This document shows, piece after piece, positions 37,139 to 47,811 of a DNA stretch of 64,000 nucleotides. The notes beneath the pieces were generated by a model that did not search any database, was not told the DNA's origin, and worked only from the letters and a program-made list of their open reading frames with translations. Source of the DNA: Parcubacteria group bacterium (GTDB lineage Bacteria; Patescibacteriota; Minisyncoccia; Moranbacterales; GCA-2747515); the NCBI GenBank assembly GCA_041660065.1, contig JBAZXC010000006.1, forward strand, positions 4,984-68,983, in the 5' to 3' direction. A program made the position numbers and the translations under genes. The stretch's first letter is position 1. The number at the start of each line of letters is the position of its first letter.

Positions 37139-37509
37139 ACAACATATACATTTAACTCAATAACAACTATTTTACATTTATATCTTATAATATTTGATCT
37201 TAGTATACCATACTTTACATGAAAAATTTATCAATCAACGACCCAACTATATGCCCTGCACTATTCCGCATATGTTCCACCTAAAAAACTTTCCAATAAA
37301 AATCGTTTTTCCATCAGCTTAAATCACGGACTCATTCATTCTGTCATATACCATTATATCAATTTTCAAATCAGATGCAGACTCAGGCACATTCTCTACC
37401 CATCAATTCCCACAACCTCTCATCTTTACAAACTTGTACGATAATACATAGGCTGGCGCAAGAGCATAAAATAGTAAAGTATCTTCAATCATATGCCAAA
37501 AATCCAGAA

Positions 37510-37536
37510 AATGACAAAAACCGAGAACATGTCCCG
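37510..37536 (-). terminator. Rho-independent terminator after dnaK
   Basis: CCGGGACATGTTCTCGG hairpin then TTTTTGTCAT on the minus strand; 30 nt after the dnaK stop. Confidence 0.5.
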
Positions 37537-37566
37537 GTTTTTATTTTCTGATGACGAAGAGATTTG

Positions 37567-39474
37567 TTACTTTTTCTCTTCATCTTTTGATGCATCCTCC
37601 ACCTCTGCTTCTTTCGCGCCACCTTCTTCTTTTGGTGTTTCTTGCTTGTCTGACTTAGCTTCAGCTGCCGCTTTGTAGAGTTTTTCACCGATCTTTTGCG
37701 CTTCTGTCGAGAGATCTTCTGTTGCCTTTTTGATCTTCTCACCGTCAGCATTTGTATCTTTGAGAACTTCTTTAAGTGCGTCAACTTTTTCTTGTACCGG
37801 TTTTTTCTCTTCTTCTGTGAGTTTGTCTCCTGCATCTTTCATCGCCTTTTCCGTTGTAAAGACGAGCGTGTCCGCCATGTTGCGAATCTCAACAAGCTCT
37901 TTCTTTTTCTTGTCTTCCTCTGCATGTGCTTCTGCATCTTTTTTCATGCGTTCAATCTCTTCTTTAGAGAGTCCTGATGATCCTTCTATCTTGATGGACT
38001 GCTCTTTGCCGGATGCTTTGTCAACCGCTTTTACGCTCAAAATACCATTTGCGTCAATATCAAATGAGACCTCGATCTGGGGGATACCACGCGGTGATGG
38101 TGGAATACCATCCAAGATAAATCGCCCCAAAGTCTTATTATCCCCAGCCATTTCACGTTCTCCTTGCAAGACATGGATCTCTACACTCGGCTGATTATCC
38201 ATTGCTGTTGAAAATACTTGTGACTTACTTGCAGGAATCGTCGTATTCTTATCGATAAGAGGTGTTCGTACACCGCCCATTGTTTCAATGCCAAGCGTCA
38301 ATGGCGTCACATCAAGAAGAAGCACATCTTTCACATCACCTTGAAATACACCACCTTGAATTGCCGCACCCATTGCCACTACTTCATCCGGGTTGACTGT
38401 CATATTTGGCTTCTTGCCAAAAAATTTCTCCACGGTCTGCTGAATGATCGGCATACGTGTCATACCACCCACGAGGATTACCTCGTCAATATCACCTTTG
38501 CTAAATCCCGCATCTTTGAGCGCCTGCTCTGTCGGGATCAACGTCTTCTGCACAAGATCATGCACCAATTCTTCCAATTTTGCACGCGTCAACGTCATAA
38601 CAAGATGTTTCGGACCCTGATCACTTGTTGTGATGAATGGCTGATTGATCTCTGTCTGTTCTGAGGATGACAATTCGATCTTTGCTTTTTCTGCTGCTTC
38701 TTTCACGCGTTGCAATGCCAAGTTATCATTTCCCAAATCAATACCCTCCGCTTTTTTGAACTCATCCAAGATCCACTTGATCAAAATTTGATCGAAATCA
38801 TCACCGCCGAGATGTGTATCACCGTTCGTCGCCTTTACTTCGATCGTATCATTGCTCACTTCGAGGATCGATACGTCAAATGTGCCACCGCCCAAATCAT
38901 ACACAGCGATCTGCTCATCATTTTTCTTGTTAAATCCATATGCGAGTGCCGCCGCAGTCGGCTCATTGATCACGCGACGCACCTTGAGTCCTGCAATTTC
39001 CCCCGCCTCTTTAGTTGCCTTGCGTTGCGCATCATCAAAGTATGCCGGCACTGTGATCACCGCTTCTTCGATCTTTTCACCCAGTTTGCTTTCTGCATCC
39101 GCCTTCAATTTGCCGAGGATCATCGCACTCACTTCTTGTGGCGTGTAATCCTTATCGCCCATTTTTACTTTGATACTGCCGTTATCCGCTTTGACCACGG
39201 TATATGACGAGAGCTTGATATCTGCCTGTACTTCCGCATCATCAAAATGACGTCCGATGAAACGCTTGATACTAAAAAGCGTATTATTTGGATTTGTCAC
39301 TGCTTGACGCTTTGCCAAAAGACCCACCAGTCGCTCATTGTTTCTATTTACCGCAACCATTGACGGCGTGGTGCGATTACCCTCCTTGTTTTCGATGATC
39401 TCCGGCTTGCCCCCCTCAATGATCGCCATCGCCGAGTTCGTTGTGCCGAGATCAATACCGAGAATTTTTCCCAT
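37567..39474 (-). CDS. dnaK: Molecular chaperone DnaK (Hsp70)
   Basis: [38 protein letters not shown], acidic C-terminal tail; 635 aa. Confidence 0.95.
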   Translation of the reverse strand: MGKILGIDLGTTNSAMAIIEGGKPEIIENKEGNRTTPSMVAVNRNNERLVGLLAKRQAVTNPNNTLFSIKRFIGRHFDDAEVQADIKLSSYTVVKADNGSIKVKMGDKDYTPQEVSAMILGKLKADAESKLGEKIEEAVITVPAYFDDAQRKATKEAGEIAGLKVRRVINEPTAAALAYGFNKKNDEQIAVYDLGGGTFDVSILEVSNDTIEVKATNGDTHLGGDDFDQILIKWILDEFKKAEGIDLGNDNLALQRVKEAAEKAKIELSSSEQTEINQPFITTSDQGPKHLVMTLTRAKLEELVHDLVQKTLIPTEQALKDAGFSKGDIDEVILVGGMTRMPIIQQTVEKFFGKKPNMTVNPDEVVAMGAAIQGGVFQGDVKDVLLLDVTPLTLGIETMGGVRTPLIDKNTTIPASKSQVFSTAMDNQPSVEIHVLQGEREMAGDNKTLGRFILDGIPPSPRGIPQIEVSFDIDANGILSVKAVDKASGKEQSIKIEGSSGLSKEEIERMKKDAEAHAEEDKKKKELVEIRNMADTLVFTTEKAMKDAGDKLTEEEKKPVQEKVDALKEVLKDTNADGEKIKKATEDLSTEAQKIGEKLYKAAAEAKSDKQETPKEEGGAKEAEVEDASKDEEKK

Positions 39475-39586
39475 ATGATTTATATTAAATAATTGATTAT
39501 AATAAAAAGATAATTTTTTTGATCTATCATCTTTTCTTTCTCTCCCCCCACAAAAATTGTGAGGAGAGATGTGATCAGACGATTGT

Positions 39587-40009
39587 TTACTTCTTGTTTT
39601 TTACACTTACAGCGATCTTCTTTGGCTTTGCTTCCTCCGCCTTTGGCATTCGGATGGAAAGCACACCATTATCATATTCCGCTGTCGCTTCAGAGCCTTT
39701 GACAGCAGCAGGTAAAATAACCGATCGAGAAAATGACCCCTGGCGAATTTCCTTGCGATAATAGTCTTCGCGCTTGACCTCCTTCTTTTCCTTGGTCTCA
39801 CCGGAAATCGTCAACACATCATTTTCCACCGAGATATCAATGTTTTCCGGATCCATTCCCGGAAGCGATGTTTCAACGATGAGATCGTCATTGTCTTGAT
39901 AGACGTCGATTGCTGGCGCGAAATTTTGTGGCGCGAAAGGAAAAACTCCTTCATTGAAAAATCGATCGATATCTGCTGTTGGCGTAAAACGCATGATTTC
40001 TCTTGTCAT
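39587..40009 (-). CDS. Hsp20/alpha-crystallin family small heat-shock protein
   Basis: [40 protein letters not shown]...[15 protein letters not shown]; 140 aa. Confidence 0.8.
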   Translation of the reverse strand: MTREIMRFTPTADIDRFFNEGVFPFAPQNFAPAIDVYQDNDDLIVETSLPGMDPENIDISVENDVLTISGETKEKKEVKREDYYRKEIRQGSFSRSVILPAAVKGSEATAEYDNGVLSIRMPKAEEAKPKKIAVSVKNKK

Positions 40010-40069
40010 AATGTGTTCACCCCCTTTCTATATTAAATCTTTATAGCCTCTCAAACTTTTACAAAAAAT

Positions 40070-40939
40070 TCATTCCTTGCTTTTTGCTCCACCAAGTACT
40101 ACGCGTGCCGGACGCAGAACTTTTGTACCGATCTCATACCCCGGTTGCGCGATCTTTATCACTTTTGCATCAGCGGGCAATTCTTCCTCCTTATCATTTG
40201 CAACGGCTTCCATGATGCGCGGATCAAATTCGTCACCGATCTTCACAGTCATTCTTGCCACACCTTTTTCCTCAAAAACCTTTTCCATTTGCTGTTGAAT
40301 ATACATGATCCCCGTTACCCATGGGTTATCTTTTTCTGTTTCGGGAATGTGATCTGTCGCCGCATGAAAATTATCCACTACCGGCAACATATCAGAGATC
40401 ACACCTTCTGCCGCATATGCGATAAATTCTTTTTGATTTTCAATTTGCCTTTTTTTGTAATTGTCAAAATCCGCCACGCACCGCTTCCATCTGTTTTCCG
40501 CTTCATACAATTCCCCCAACTCTTCCGCCTTTACAATCGCGTCTTTGACCCATTGATTGATATTTTTGTCTTTTAGAACTTCATCGGCAGACATCCATTT
40601 ATATTCACTATGCTCCTCGCTCAATACGATCTCCCCACCATCATAAAAAGCCAAATATGTCATGATCACACCATCCACATGATCCTTGTATGACACGCGA
40701 ACACCGCGTAGTGGCCCGATCACACGATATGCGATATCGCCCAACTCCTCTTTGACTTCCCGAGCAAATGCCACTTCCAGTTCTTCGACACCATCCACAC
40801 GTCCACCGGCAAACTGCCATGCGCCTTTCTCGATCTTGTATGAATTTTCTTTTGCCAAAAGATATTTTTTCTGTTGCGGATCATATAATACCGCTCGTTG
40901 CGAAAAATACATTTGTACATTCTTTTTTGCATCCTTCAT
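40070..40939 (-). CDS. grpE: NUDIX hydrolase domain fused to the GrpE nucleotide-exchange factor (single 289-aa ORF)
   Basis: N-terminal canonical Nudix box GRVDGVEELEVAFAREVKEELGDI (Gx5Ex7REUxEExGU). C-terminal GrpE core WKRCVADFDNYKKRQIENQKEF...DNFHAA...GDEFDPRIMEAV...GYEIGTKVLRPARVVL. Lies between hrcA and hsp20-dnaK. Confidence 0.7.
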   Translation of the reverse strand: MKDAKKNVQMYFSQRAVLYDPQQKKYLLAKENSYKIEKGAWQFAGGRVDGVEELEVAFAREVKEELGDIAYRVIGPLRGVRVSYKDHVDGVIMTYLAFYDGGEIVLSEEHSEYKWMSADEVLKDKNINQWVKDAIVKAEELGELYEAENRWKRCVADFDNYKKRQIENQKEFIAYAAEGVISDMLPVVDNFHAATDHIPETEKDNPWVTGIMYIQQQMEKVFEEKGVARMTVKIGDEFDPRIMEAVANDKEEELPADAKVIKIAQPGYEIGTKVLRPARVVLGGAKSKE

Positions 40940-40955
40940 GATTCTCTATTTTAAA

Positions 40956-41702
40956 TTAATTTATATTACTCGCGATCATCACTATGATGATACTCGTACC
41001 TCCGAGGATTTTTTTCACATAATCAATGAGTGACTTATTGCGTTCATAGGCCATGTTCTTTGGACCGATCAATGCAACGATTCCCTTTTCTCCATCTCGT
41101 TCATATTGTCCCACTACCATTGAATAATTCGTCGTCTTACTGATTGGATTGTCCGCGCCGATAAAGATCTTTGTCTCACCATCTGCCAATTTTCGCATCA
41201 AACTTTCACATCGCTCATCGATATAATCCAAACTTTCCGCCAAACAACAAAGGTCATCCAATTCATCCGCCCCGACATCCTGCATGAGCGACCGCAACCC
41301 GAACTCTGAGAATTCATTTTTGTGCGGTACACCGCTTACCGCCACATATCCACTAAGCGTTGCCAGCAATTTTGCCGTCGTGCGCGTGAGCCGTGTGTTT
41401 TGCGCTTTGAGCTGTAATAGCTCTTTTTGCAGCGATTGCTGTTCTCTCTTTGTCAATTTTCTGTCCGGCATTACTTCCTCCACAAAATATCTATACCCCG
41501 CATCTGTTGGGATCCTGCCCGCGCTTGTATGTGGCTGATAGAGAAATCCTAAATCCTCCAAGCACGACATATCATTGCGCAACGTTGCCGGTGAAACCTG
41601 AAATCCATACTGTTCCACTAACACCGAAGAGCCCACAGGCAAACCTGTCTTGGTATATTCTTCAATCACTGCAACGAGAATTTTGGATTGTCTCTCATTC
41701 AT
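40956..41702 (-). CDS. hrcA: Heat-inducible transcription repressor HrcA
   Basis: Start at MNERQSKILVAVIEEYTKTGLPVGSS (winged-helix N-terminus), 21 nt downstream of a perfect CIRCE. The track ORF extends further upstream through the CIRCE. Confidence 0.75.
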   Translation of the reverse strand: MNERQSKILVAVIEEYTKTGLPVGSSVLVEQYGFQVSPATLRNDMSCLEDLGFLYQPHTSAGRIPTDAGYRYFVEEVMPDRKLTKREQQSLQKELLQLKAQNTRLTRTTAKLLATLSGYVAVSGVPHKNEFSEFGLRSLMQDVGADELDDLCCLAESLDYIDERCESLMRKLADGETKIFIGADNPISKTTNYSMVVGQYERDGEKGIVALIGPKNMAYERNKSLIDYVKKILGGTSIIIVMIASNIN

Positions 41703-41722
41703 ATTTCCAGTATAAAATAACA

Positions 41723-41749
41723 TTAGCACTCTTGTCAAGAGAGTGCTAA
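41723..41749. promoter_or_regulatory. Perfect CIRCE operator with an overlapping sigma70-like promoter for the hrcA-grpE-hsp20-dnaK operon
   Basis: TTAGCACTC-TTGTCAAGA-GAGTGCTAA. On the minus strand, TTGACA within the CIRCE and TTATAC ~17 nt downstream. Confidence 0.8.
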
Positions 41750-41835
41750 CCCGACCAAAATAAAACCGGATGATGATCATTTGATCACCATCCGGCACAT
41801 ACTATAGTAACTGCGCAAATAAGACGCTTTTGTGC

Positions 41836-42207
41836 TTACGAGGAAGCCGATGATGCGCTGTGACTATTTTCACCATACGATCGACATCCGCCTCCAATAC
41901 GTTCGATCTGCAATTGACCCTTGCTGTTAACATGGACATGCATATCATACTTCTGCCCGCATTTTTGCAATAACAATGTAACGCTGGCATTTTTTTCAAG
42001 AATCAACCGTATGTCTCCATCATCACAGAAGTGAAGCAATGCACTTTTCTGCACAGACGCCTCCTCTGTCATGAGGTTAACAACATGAAATGGAATTGCG
42101 CAAATCACATGTTTTTTTGCCCGCGCAGATGTCGTCCATCGCTCATATTGCTGATGATTTCCTTTGATCTTTTGCCATCCGTAAAGAGCTTCCTTAAACT
42201 CTTGCAT
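41836..42207 (-). CDS. Hypothetical protein (123 aa)
   Basis: ORF with a Ser-rich C-terminus; no motif recognised. Confidence 0.3.
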   Translation of the reverse strand: MQEFKEALYGWQKIKGNHQQYERWTTSARAKKHVICAIPFHVVNLMTEEASVQKSALLHFCDDGDIRLILEKNASVTLLLQKCGQKYDMHVHVNSKGQLQIERIGGGCRSYGENSHSASSASS

Positions 42208-42234
42208 GCTATTTTTTCTCCTTCTTGTAATGTT

Positions 42235-42534
42235 TCAAGTATCCTTATGAAGTCTATGCTTGTCGACAACCTTCTTCACAAGACCAAAGACCTCTCTCCT
42301 CGTTTTATCACCTTCCGGCAAACTAGCAATCTCCGCCACCCTTGCAACAAGACCACATTCTTTTATTTCCTTTGCAAGCGTTTCAAAATTCACACTTGGT
42401 TTATACCCGCCACAATAATCCGTGAAATACCAAAACAAGTATCGCGGACTTGGATTTTTAAACCCAAGATCCTCCACCATTCGAAGCGCTCTTGATCTGG
42501 TAAATGCCATCATATCCCCTTGCGTCATGACCAT
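42235..42534 (-). CDS. Hypothetical protein (99 aa)
   Basis: ORF 27 nt upstream of the previous one; no motif recognised. Confidence 0.3.
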   Translation of the reverse strand: MVMTQGDMMAFTRSRALRMVEDLGFKNPSPRYLFWYFTDYCGGYKPSVNFETLAKEIKECGLVARVAEIASLPEGDKTRREVFGLVKKVVDKHRLHKDT

Positions 42535-42650
42535 AAAAACCTCCCGTGCTATGAAATCACCGATCCCCCCATGAGATCGGCTTTTTCCTCTATTTAATTT
42601 TTTAAATACAGGAAAAAACCAACCTCAACGAAAGGGGTACCGACTAACTA

Positions 42651-42893
42651 TTATGGCACAGGATCATATCCGCCTTCTTGCCATGGATGACACCGGCTGA
42701 TCCTTTTGATCCCCATCCAAGAGCCACGCGCGACACCATACCGCTCAACTGCAGTATATGTGTACATAGAACACGTCGGATGAAAACGGCACAATCTCTC
42801 TCCATAGATCCACGATAATGGTCCGTGATCAAGAGACAGTGTCCTCTGATAAACTCTAATCAATTGTAAAATAACTTTTTTCATATGATACAA
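42651..42893 (-). CDS. yidD: Membrane protein insertion efficiency factor YidD
   Basis: [10 protein letters not shown]...[46 protein letters not shown] matches the YidD signature; ~77-80 aa. Confidence 0.75.
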   Translation of the reverse strand: MYHMKKVILQLIRVYQRTLSLDHGPLSWIYGERLCRFHPTCSMYTYTAVERYGVARGSWMGIKRISRCHPWQEGGYDPVP

Positions 42894-42977
42894 ACAATAA
42901 TGACATATTGTACCATGAGAATCATTTTATGGCAACCAAAGACAACTTTTTTGTCAAAAAGGCAAATTGTTGATAGA

Positions 42978-43916
42978 ATGAGGATAGAAAAATACAAAAC
43001 AAATATGAATATCGTAAAACACGAAGACATCACCTGGATCGACATCGAAAATCCCTCCAAACACAATATCGAGTACATTCGTGAGAATTTTAATGTGCAT
43101 CCCTTGGCAATCGAGGAGTTTATCACACCGACATATCGAGCTCGCGCAACCAAATACAGCAATTGTCTCTTTCTCACGATTCACATCCCTCTCTTTGACA
43201 CTGAACGTCGCACGACATATGCCGGTGAAATTGATATCCTTCTCACCAAAACTCATCTCGTAACAGGTCATAAAAAAGACATCTACCAACTGCGCACATT
43301 TTTTGACGGTTTACAAAAAAGCGAAGGAAAGCGTCGCACATATATGATCCATTCGACAGCGCACCTTCTTTATGAAATTTTTCGTATTTTGACAGAATCC
43401 TGTTTTCCACGGCTCGACCATGTCGTACGTCATATTGACGAGGTGCAGGAGGGTATTTTTAATGGCAATGAACGTGAGATGGTGCGGGAAATTAGCATCA
43501 TCAAACGTGACATTCTCAATTTTCGTCGCACGCTCATGCCACAACGCTCGATCCTTGAATCGATCATTTCACAGCCAAACGGCGTCGTGCCCACTGATAT
43601 CAAAATGTATTACCAAGATTTGATCGGCACCAACATCCGCCTCTGGAATGATTTGGAAAGTGCCAAAGAAACGATCGTGTCGCTGGAAAAAACCAACAAC
43701 TCCCTTCTTTCTGAAAAGATCAATCACCGCATGCGCATCATCACTGTTTTTTCCGTGCTGTGGATCCCTATTACGATGTATCTGAATTTTTTTGGCATCA
43801 ATGTTACCAACATGCCCCTCAAAGATAATCCCTTTGCGGTCTTTATCCATTTGGGAGTTATGCTCACCATATCCATCATCACCTTTGTCATTTTCAAGAT
43901 TGCAAAGTGGATCTGA
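42978..43916 (+). CDS. corA: CorA-family magnesium/cobalt transporter
   Basis: Cytoplasmic N-domain plus two C-terminal TM helices with a GMN-like FFGINVTNMP loop. The track ORF starts at 42885 but that would overlap divergent yidD, so the start is placed at a downstream Met (42978 or 43005). Confidence 0.6.
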   Translation: MRIEKYKTNMNIVKHEDITWIDIENPSKHNIEYIRENFNVHPLAIEEFITPTYRARATKYSNCLFLTIHIPLFDTERRTTYAGEIDILLTKTHLVTGHKKDIYQLRTFFDGLQKSEGKRRTYMIHSTAHLLYEIFRILTESCFPRLDHVVRHIDEVQEGIFNGNEREMVREISIIKRDILNFRRTLMPQRSILESIISQPNGVVPTDIKMYYQDLIGTNIRLWNDLESAKETIVSLEKTNNSLLSEKINHRMRIITVFSVLWIPITMYLNFFGINVTNMPLKDNPFAVFIHLGVMLTISIITFVIFKIAKWI

Positions 43917-43985
43917 AAACTGCTCGCAATGGTACAAAATTTCTTCTTATGTTACAGTTATTGTAGATAACTGTAACATTTTTTT

Positions 43986-45416
43986 ATGTTAAAATTTCAC
44001 AATACTCTTACAAAGCAAAAAGAAGAATTTACTCCAATCAACGCCGGCAAGGTTGGCATGTATACGTGCGGACCGACAGTTTATAGCTATGTCCACATTG
44101 GCAATCTGCGTGCATACACAAATGCCGATCTCATCCGTCGCTATCTGATGTATCGCGGTTATGAAGTGCGCATGATCAAAAACATTACTGATGTCGGACA
44201 CCTCACAGACGACGATATCGCCCAAGGCGACAGTGGTGAAGATAAGATGGAAAAAGCGGCAAAAAAAGAAAAAAAGACCCCGACAGAAATTGCTCGCTTC
44301 TACGAAAATTATGCCAAAGAAGTTGAAAAGGAAATGAATATCCTCCCTGCACATTTTTTCCCGCGCGCAACTGAACACATCTCACAAATGATCATCATCA
44401 TCGAAACACTTATCACAAAAGACTTTGCTTATGAAAAGAATGGCAATGTGTTTTTTGACGTCACACGCTTTGCCGACTATGGCAAACTATCCGGCAATAC
44501 ACTGGGAAACCTCAACATCGGTGCACGTCTCGAAGACCCTCACCCTGACAAGCGCAATCAGTGGGACTTTGCACTCTGGCTCAAAGCACCGGACAATCAC
44601 ATTATGAAATGGCAATCACCATGGTCACTCGGCTATCCGGGATGGCATATTGAATGCTCCGCGATGAGCATGGAATATCTCGGTGCATCATTTGATATTC
44701 ACACCGGCGGAACTGATAACATCTTTCCACATCATGAAGCGGAGATCGCACAATCAGAGTGCGCCAATGACGTAAAATTCGTCAATTATTGGCTTCACTC
44801 TCAACTCCTTCTCGTTGACGGTGAAAAAATGAGCAAATCCAAAGGAAATTTTTACAGAGTTGAGGATATCAAAGAACGTGGATTTACACCGATGGATCTG
44901 CGCCTGACGTATCTTCTTTCACATTACCGTTCACAGATGAATTTTACATGGGATGTGATGGCTCAAGCACAAAAAAATCGCAAAACATGCGAGAATTTTA
45001 TCACGCGTCTCGATAATTTCGCCCCGGCAGATACAACCGACCATATCGCTCTTGATATTGCAAAATACAAAAAACAATTCGAAGATGCCATGAATGATGA
45101 TCTCAACACACCACTTGCCATTACCACACTCCTTGCCATCGTGACGGAAGGAAATACACTCATGGATGAACAAACGCTCACCAATGCTTCTGACATATCT
45201 GCATTTTTTACAAAGGCCTTTACCACTGTCCTAGGAATTACCCTAACACCGGAAGACACTAAAATCCCGACAGAAATCACTCAATTGCTCAAAAAGCGCG
45301 AGGAAGCACGCACACAAAAAGACTTCGCCACATCAGACAGCGTCCGTGATGAAATATTATCCATGGGCTACATGATCAAAGATACGCCCGATGGATGTAA
45401 AATTCAAAAAATATAA
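43986..45416 (+). CDS. cysS: Cysteine--tRNA ligase
   Basis: CGPTVYSYVHIGNLRAY (HIGH), KMSKSKGN; Zn ligands C28 and the WHIECS region; 476 aa. Confidence 0.9.
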   Translation: MLKFHNTLTKQKEEFTPINAGKVGMYTCGPTVYSYVHIGNLRAYTNADLIRRYLMYRGYEVRMIKNITDVGHLTDDDIAQGDSGEDKMEKAAKKEKKTPTEIARFYENYAKEVEKEMNILPAHFFPRATEHISQMIIIIETLITKDFAYEKNGNVFFDVTRFADYGKLSGNTLGNLNIGARLEDPHPDKRNQWDFALWLKAPDNHIMKWQSPWSLGYPGWHIECSAMSMEYLGASFDIHTGGTDNIFPHHEAEIAQSECANDVKFVNYWLHSQLLLVDGEKMSKSKGNFYRVEDIKERGFTPMDLRLTYLLSHYRSQMNFTWDVMAQAQKNRKTCENFITRLDNFAPADTTDHIALDIAKYKKQFEDAMNDDLNTPLAITTLLAIVTEGNTLMDEQTLTNASDISAFFTKAFTTVLGITLTPEDTKIPTEITQLLKKREEARTQKDFATSDSVRDEILSMGYMIKDTPDGCKIQKI

Positions 45417-45442
45417 TACATTGTCCTCCCATAAAAAATAAT

Positions 45443-45471
45443 AATCCTGCACGAACTTCGCATGCAGGATT
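45443..45471. terminator. Bidirectional terminator between convergent cysS and acpP
   Basis: AATCCTGCACGAACTTCGCATGCAGGATT hairpin, with ATAAAAAATAATA upstream and TATGTAAAAT downstream. Confidence 0.55.
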
Positions 45472-45484
45472 ATGTAAAATCTCC

Positions 45485-45718
45485 TTATTTATTCTTGATG
45501 AAATAATCGATCGCATCCTGGACTGTATTGATCTTCCCCGCGTCATCATCAGGGATCTCAACATCAAGCTTCTCCTCAAATGCTTGAAGCAGCTCTACAA
45601 GATCCAATGAATCTGCGCCCAGATCATCCGTGAAATGTGCTGTTGGCACAACCTCCTCCCTCTTGACAGACAGTTGATCGACAATGATATCGATCACTTG
45701 TTTTTCAATATTACTCAT
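45485..45718 (-). CDS. acpP: Acyl carrier protein
   Basis: [29 protein letters not shown] (phosphopantetheine Ser in the DSLD motif); 77 aa. Confidence 0.85.
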   Translation of the reverse strand: MSNIEKQVIDIIVDQLSVKREEVVPTAHFTDDLGADSLDLVELLQAFEEKLDVEIPDDDAGKINTVQDAIDYFIKNK

Positions 45719-45825
45719 TGTACATTACCTCCAAAAGAGTTTTTTGTTGTTTTGATACCAATGAACTACTCCTGCGAAATACTATACCAAATCATACAAA
45801 CTTTGTCTATAATAAAAAATAAAAA

Positions 45826-45851
45826 ACACCATTCTATTATGGTGTTTTTTA
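45826..45851 (-). terminator. Rho-independent terminator after the ferredoxin gene
   Basis: AAAAAACACCAT-TCTATT-ATGGTGTTTTTT. Confidence 0.6.
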
Positions 45852-45860
45852 TGATCATAT

Positions 45861-46109
45861 TTAGTCATTATAGCCACTGATCTTGATGATCTGTACGGGA
45901 CATGAGTCTGCCGCCTCTTTGTTTGCTGTCAATGCATCTTCGTCGATCTCCCCCACCATGAATTCCTCACCCTTCCACTGCGCACCGGCAAGCATCGCTT
46001 TGCCATCCTCCTGACTCATAGACCATTGTTCCGGTGCCGCCATTGTACACGCGCCACAACCGATACAATCATTGCGCTTATGACTTACTGTGATCTTGTT
46101 TGTTCCCAT
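45861..46109 (-). CDS. 4Fe-4S ferredoxin
   Basis: CIGCGAC...ADSCPV cluster-binding motifs; 82 aa. Confidence 0.75.
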   Translation of the reverse strand: MGTNKITVSHKRNDCIGCGACTMAAPEQWSMSQEDGKAMLAGAQWKGEEFMVGEIDEDALTANKEAADSCPVQIIKISGYND

Positions 46110-46196
46110 ATATGTGATTGATTTAAAAATTACTCTCCAAAAAATTATTTAATATAAATGTCATTTTTCTCCTATATAAGCAATTATTGAAAGTAA

Positions 46197-46296
46197 ATTT
46201 TTGTCATCCTGAACTTGTTTCAGGATCTCACGTGTATGACTTATATAGATGCTGAAACAAGTTCAGCATGACACGAATATTGAATGAGCTCCGATG
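46197..46296. repeat. About 100-nt palindromic repeat element, copy B
   Basis: See copy A (26677..26775). In this copy both hairpins are perfect (ATCCTGAA-CTTGT-TTCAGGAT and ATGCTGAA-ACAAG-TTCAGCAT). Confidence 0.7.
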
Positions 46297-46312
46297 TTTG
46301 CATTATATCATA

Positions 46313-47581
46313 TCACTTTTCATTTTGATATTGTGTCCGTTTTTTGACCACGTACATCTTATCATTGATCCGCACACGATCCGACACCACAAATGTCACG
46401 ATGTCCTTTTTTTGTGCAGTTTGAATAATCTCGTTATCACGGCGCAGTTCTTGAATTTTTACCTCCAATGCACCGGTTGTCGCACCGATAAAGATCACCT
46501 CATCTCCCACATTGACCTGTCCTGCGTCAATACATACCTCCGCCACCGATGGCTTTTTGTAATAATGCACGACATGTCCCACGAATTCCTTTGTGTGTGT
46601 CGCGCGTGAACCATAGACATCGCAATATGCGCCAATCTCTTTGCCGAGATAATAATTTCCATGTGACAATTTTCGGTTAAACACTTTTTCAAGATCATGG
46701 TAGTATGTGTGAATTTTTTCTTGCGTATATGTGCCTTGCGCAATATCCGCCAATGCTTTTTTATACGTTCGTACAACTGTCGCCACATATTCCGGCGATC
46801 GTCCTCGCCCCTCAATTTTCAAAACCTGCACACCGGCATCCAACACCTTATCCAAAAAATCGATCGTGCAAATATCCGCTGCACTCATCACATAGTGATT
46901 ATCGATCACCATTTCCTTCCCTGTGTCCACATCCGTCACCTTATACTGCATCCGACAGTTCTGACGGCAAGCCCCACGATTTGCACTGGCATTGTACGCA
47001 TAGAGACTCATATAACACCGCCCAGACTGCGCGATACACAATGCGCCATGTGCAAATGCTTCGATTTCCATCAGTCGTCCCTCATTGCCCATTAACTTTT
47101 CCTCGCAAATTTTGTGATGGATATTTTTGATCTGATCAAGATTGAGCTCTCGTGCAAGCACGATGCGATTGGTAAACTGCGCAAAAAATTTCACCGTCTC
47201 ATAATTGGAAATAGAGAATTGCACAGACATATGCACCGGCATGACGATTGCATTGCAATAATTCACACATGCAAAATCATAGGCAATGATCGCATCGATC
47301 CCGCTTTTTTTTGCCGCATTAATGATCTTTTTCATCACGGTCACATCATGGTCATAAAGGATCGTATTGACCGCCAAGTATGTTTTGACACCGCTTTTGC
47401 GTGCAATACGCGCGACTTCCTCCAAATCCTCGATCGTCATATTATCCGCCGCACGCGCACGCATATTGAGCTGTGTCACGCCAAAATATACACTATCAGC
47501 CCCGGCATTGATCGCCGCCGCCAATGATTCAAAACTCCCCACCGGCGCCATCACTTCCGCTTTTTGTGGATCGATCATCAT
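46313..47581 (-). CDS. Peptidase U32 family protein (collagenase-like; RlhA/TrhP/YegQ type)
   Basis: 422 aa. N-terminal TIM-barrel-like region with conserved Cys (ALCIAQSGRCYMS...GACRQNCRMQY), typical of U32. Confidence 0.65.
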   Translation of the reverse strand: MMIDPQKAEVMAPVGSFESLAAAINAGADSVYFGVTQLNMRARAADNMTIEDLEEVARIARKSGVKTYLAVNTILYDHDVTVMKKIINAAKKSGIDAIIAYDFACVNYCNAIVMPVHMSVQFSISNYETVKFFAQFTNRIVLARELNLDQIKNIHHKICEEKLMGNEGRLMEIEAFAHGALCIAQSGRCYMSLYAYNASANRGACRQNCRMQYKVTDVDTGKEMVIDNHYVMSAADICTIDFLDKVLDAGVQVLKIEGRGRSPEYVATVVRTYKKALADIAQGTYTQEKIHTYYHDLEKVFNRKLSHGNYYLGKEIGAYCDVYGSRATHTKEFVGHVVHYYKKPSVAEVCIDAGQVNVGDEVIFIGATTGALEVKIQELRRDNEIIQTAQKKDIVTFVVSDRVRINDKMYVVKKRTQYQNEK

Positions 47582-47811
47582 TTTTCTTTAATCTAAAAGT
47601 AATCGTTAGCATAACAAAAAAACGCGCAAAAGGCAACTTATCGTATGCGCTCGGTACAAAGCAATGCAAAAACACTGCAAACATCTTCCGCACAGAAAGA
47701 AAAATAGCAACACAAGAAAAACCGTTTTACTACCACGCACTAGAGCGTGATAATTTGTGCGATTATGGTTTTATCGGATAAAAATTTACTTCCTTCTTTC
47801 CGCAAGCCTCA

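Noticed and set aside
37485-37835. Lys-rich ORF (116 aa) overlapping the 3' end of dnaK on the same strand
   Set aside because: Alternate-frame reading of the GAA/AAG-rich sequence that encodes DnaK's acidic/lysine tail. No independent signals.
42885-42977. Upstream extension of corA to 42885
   Set aside because: It would overlap the divergently transcribed yidD start by 9 nt and adds 30-40 residues not typical of CorA. A downstream Met was chosen.
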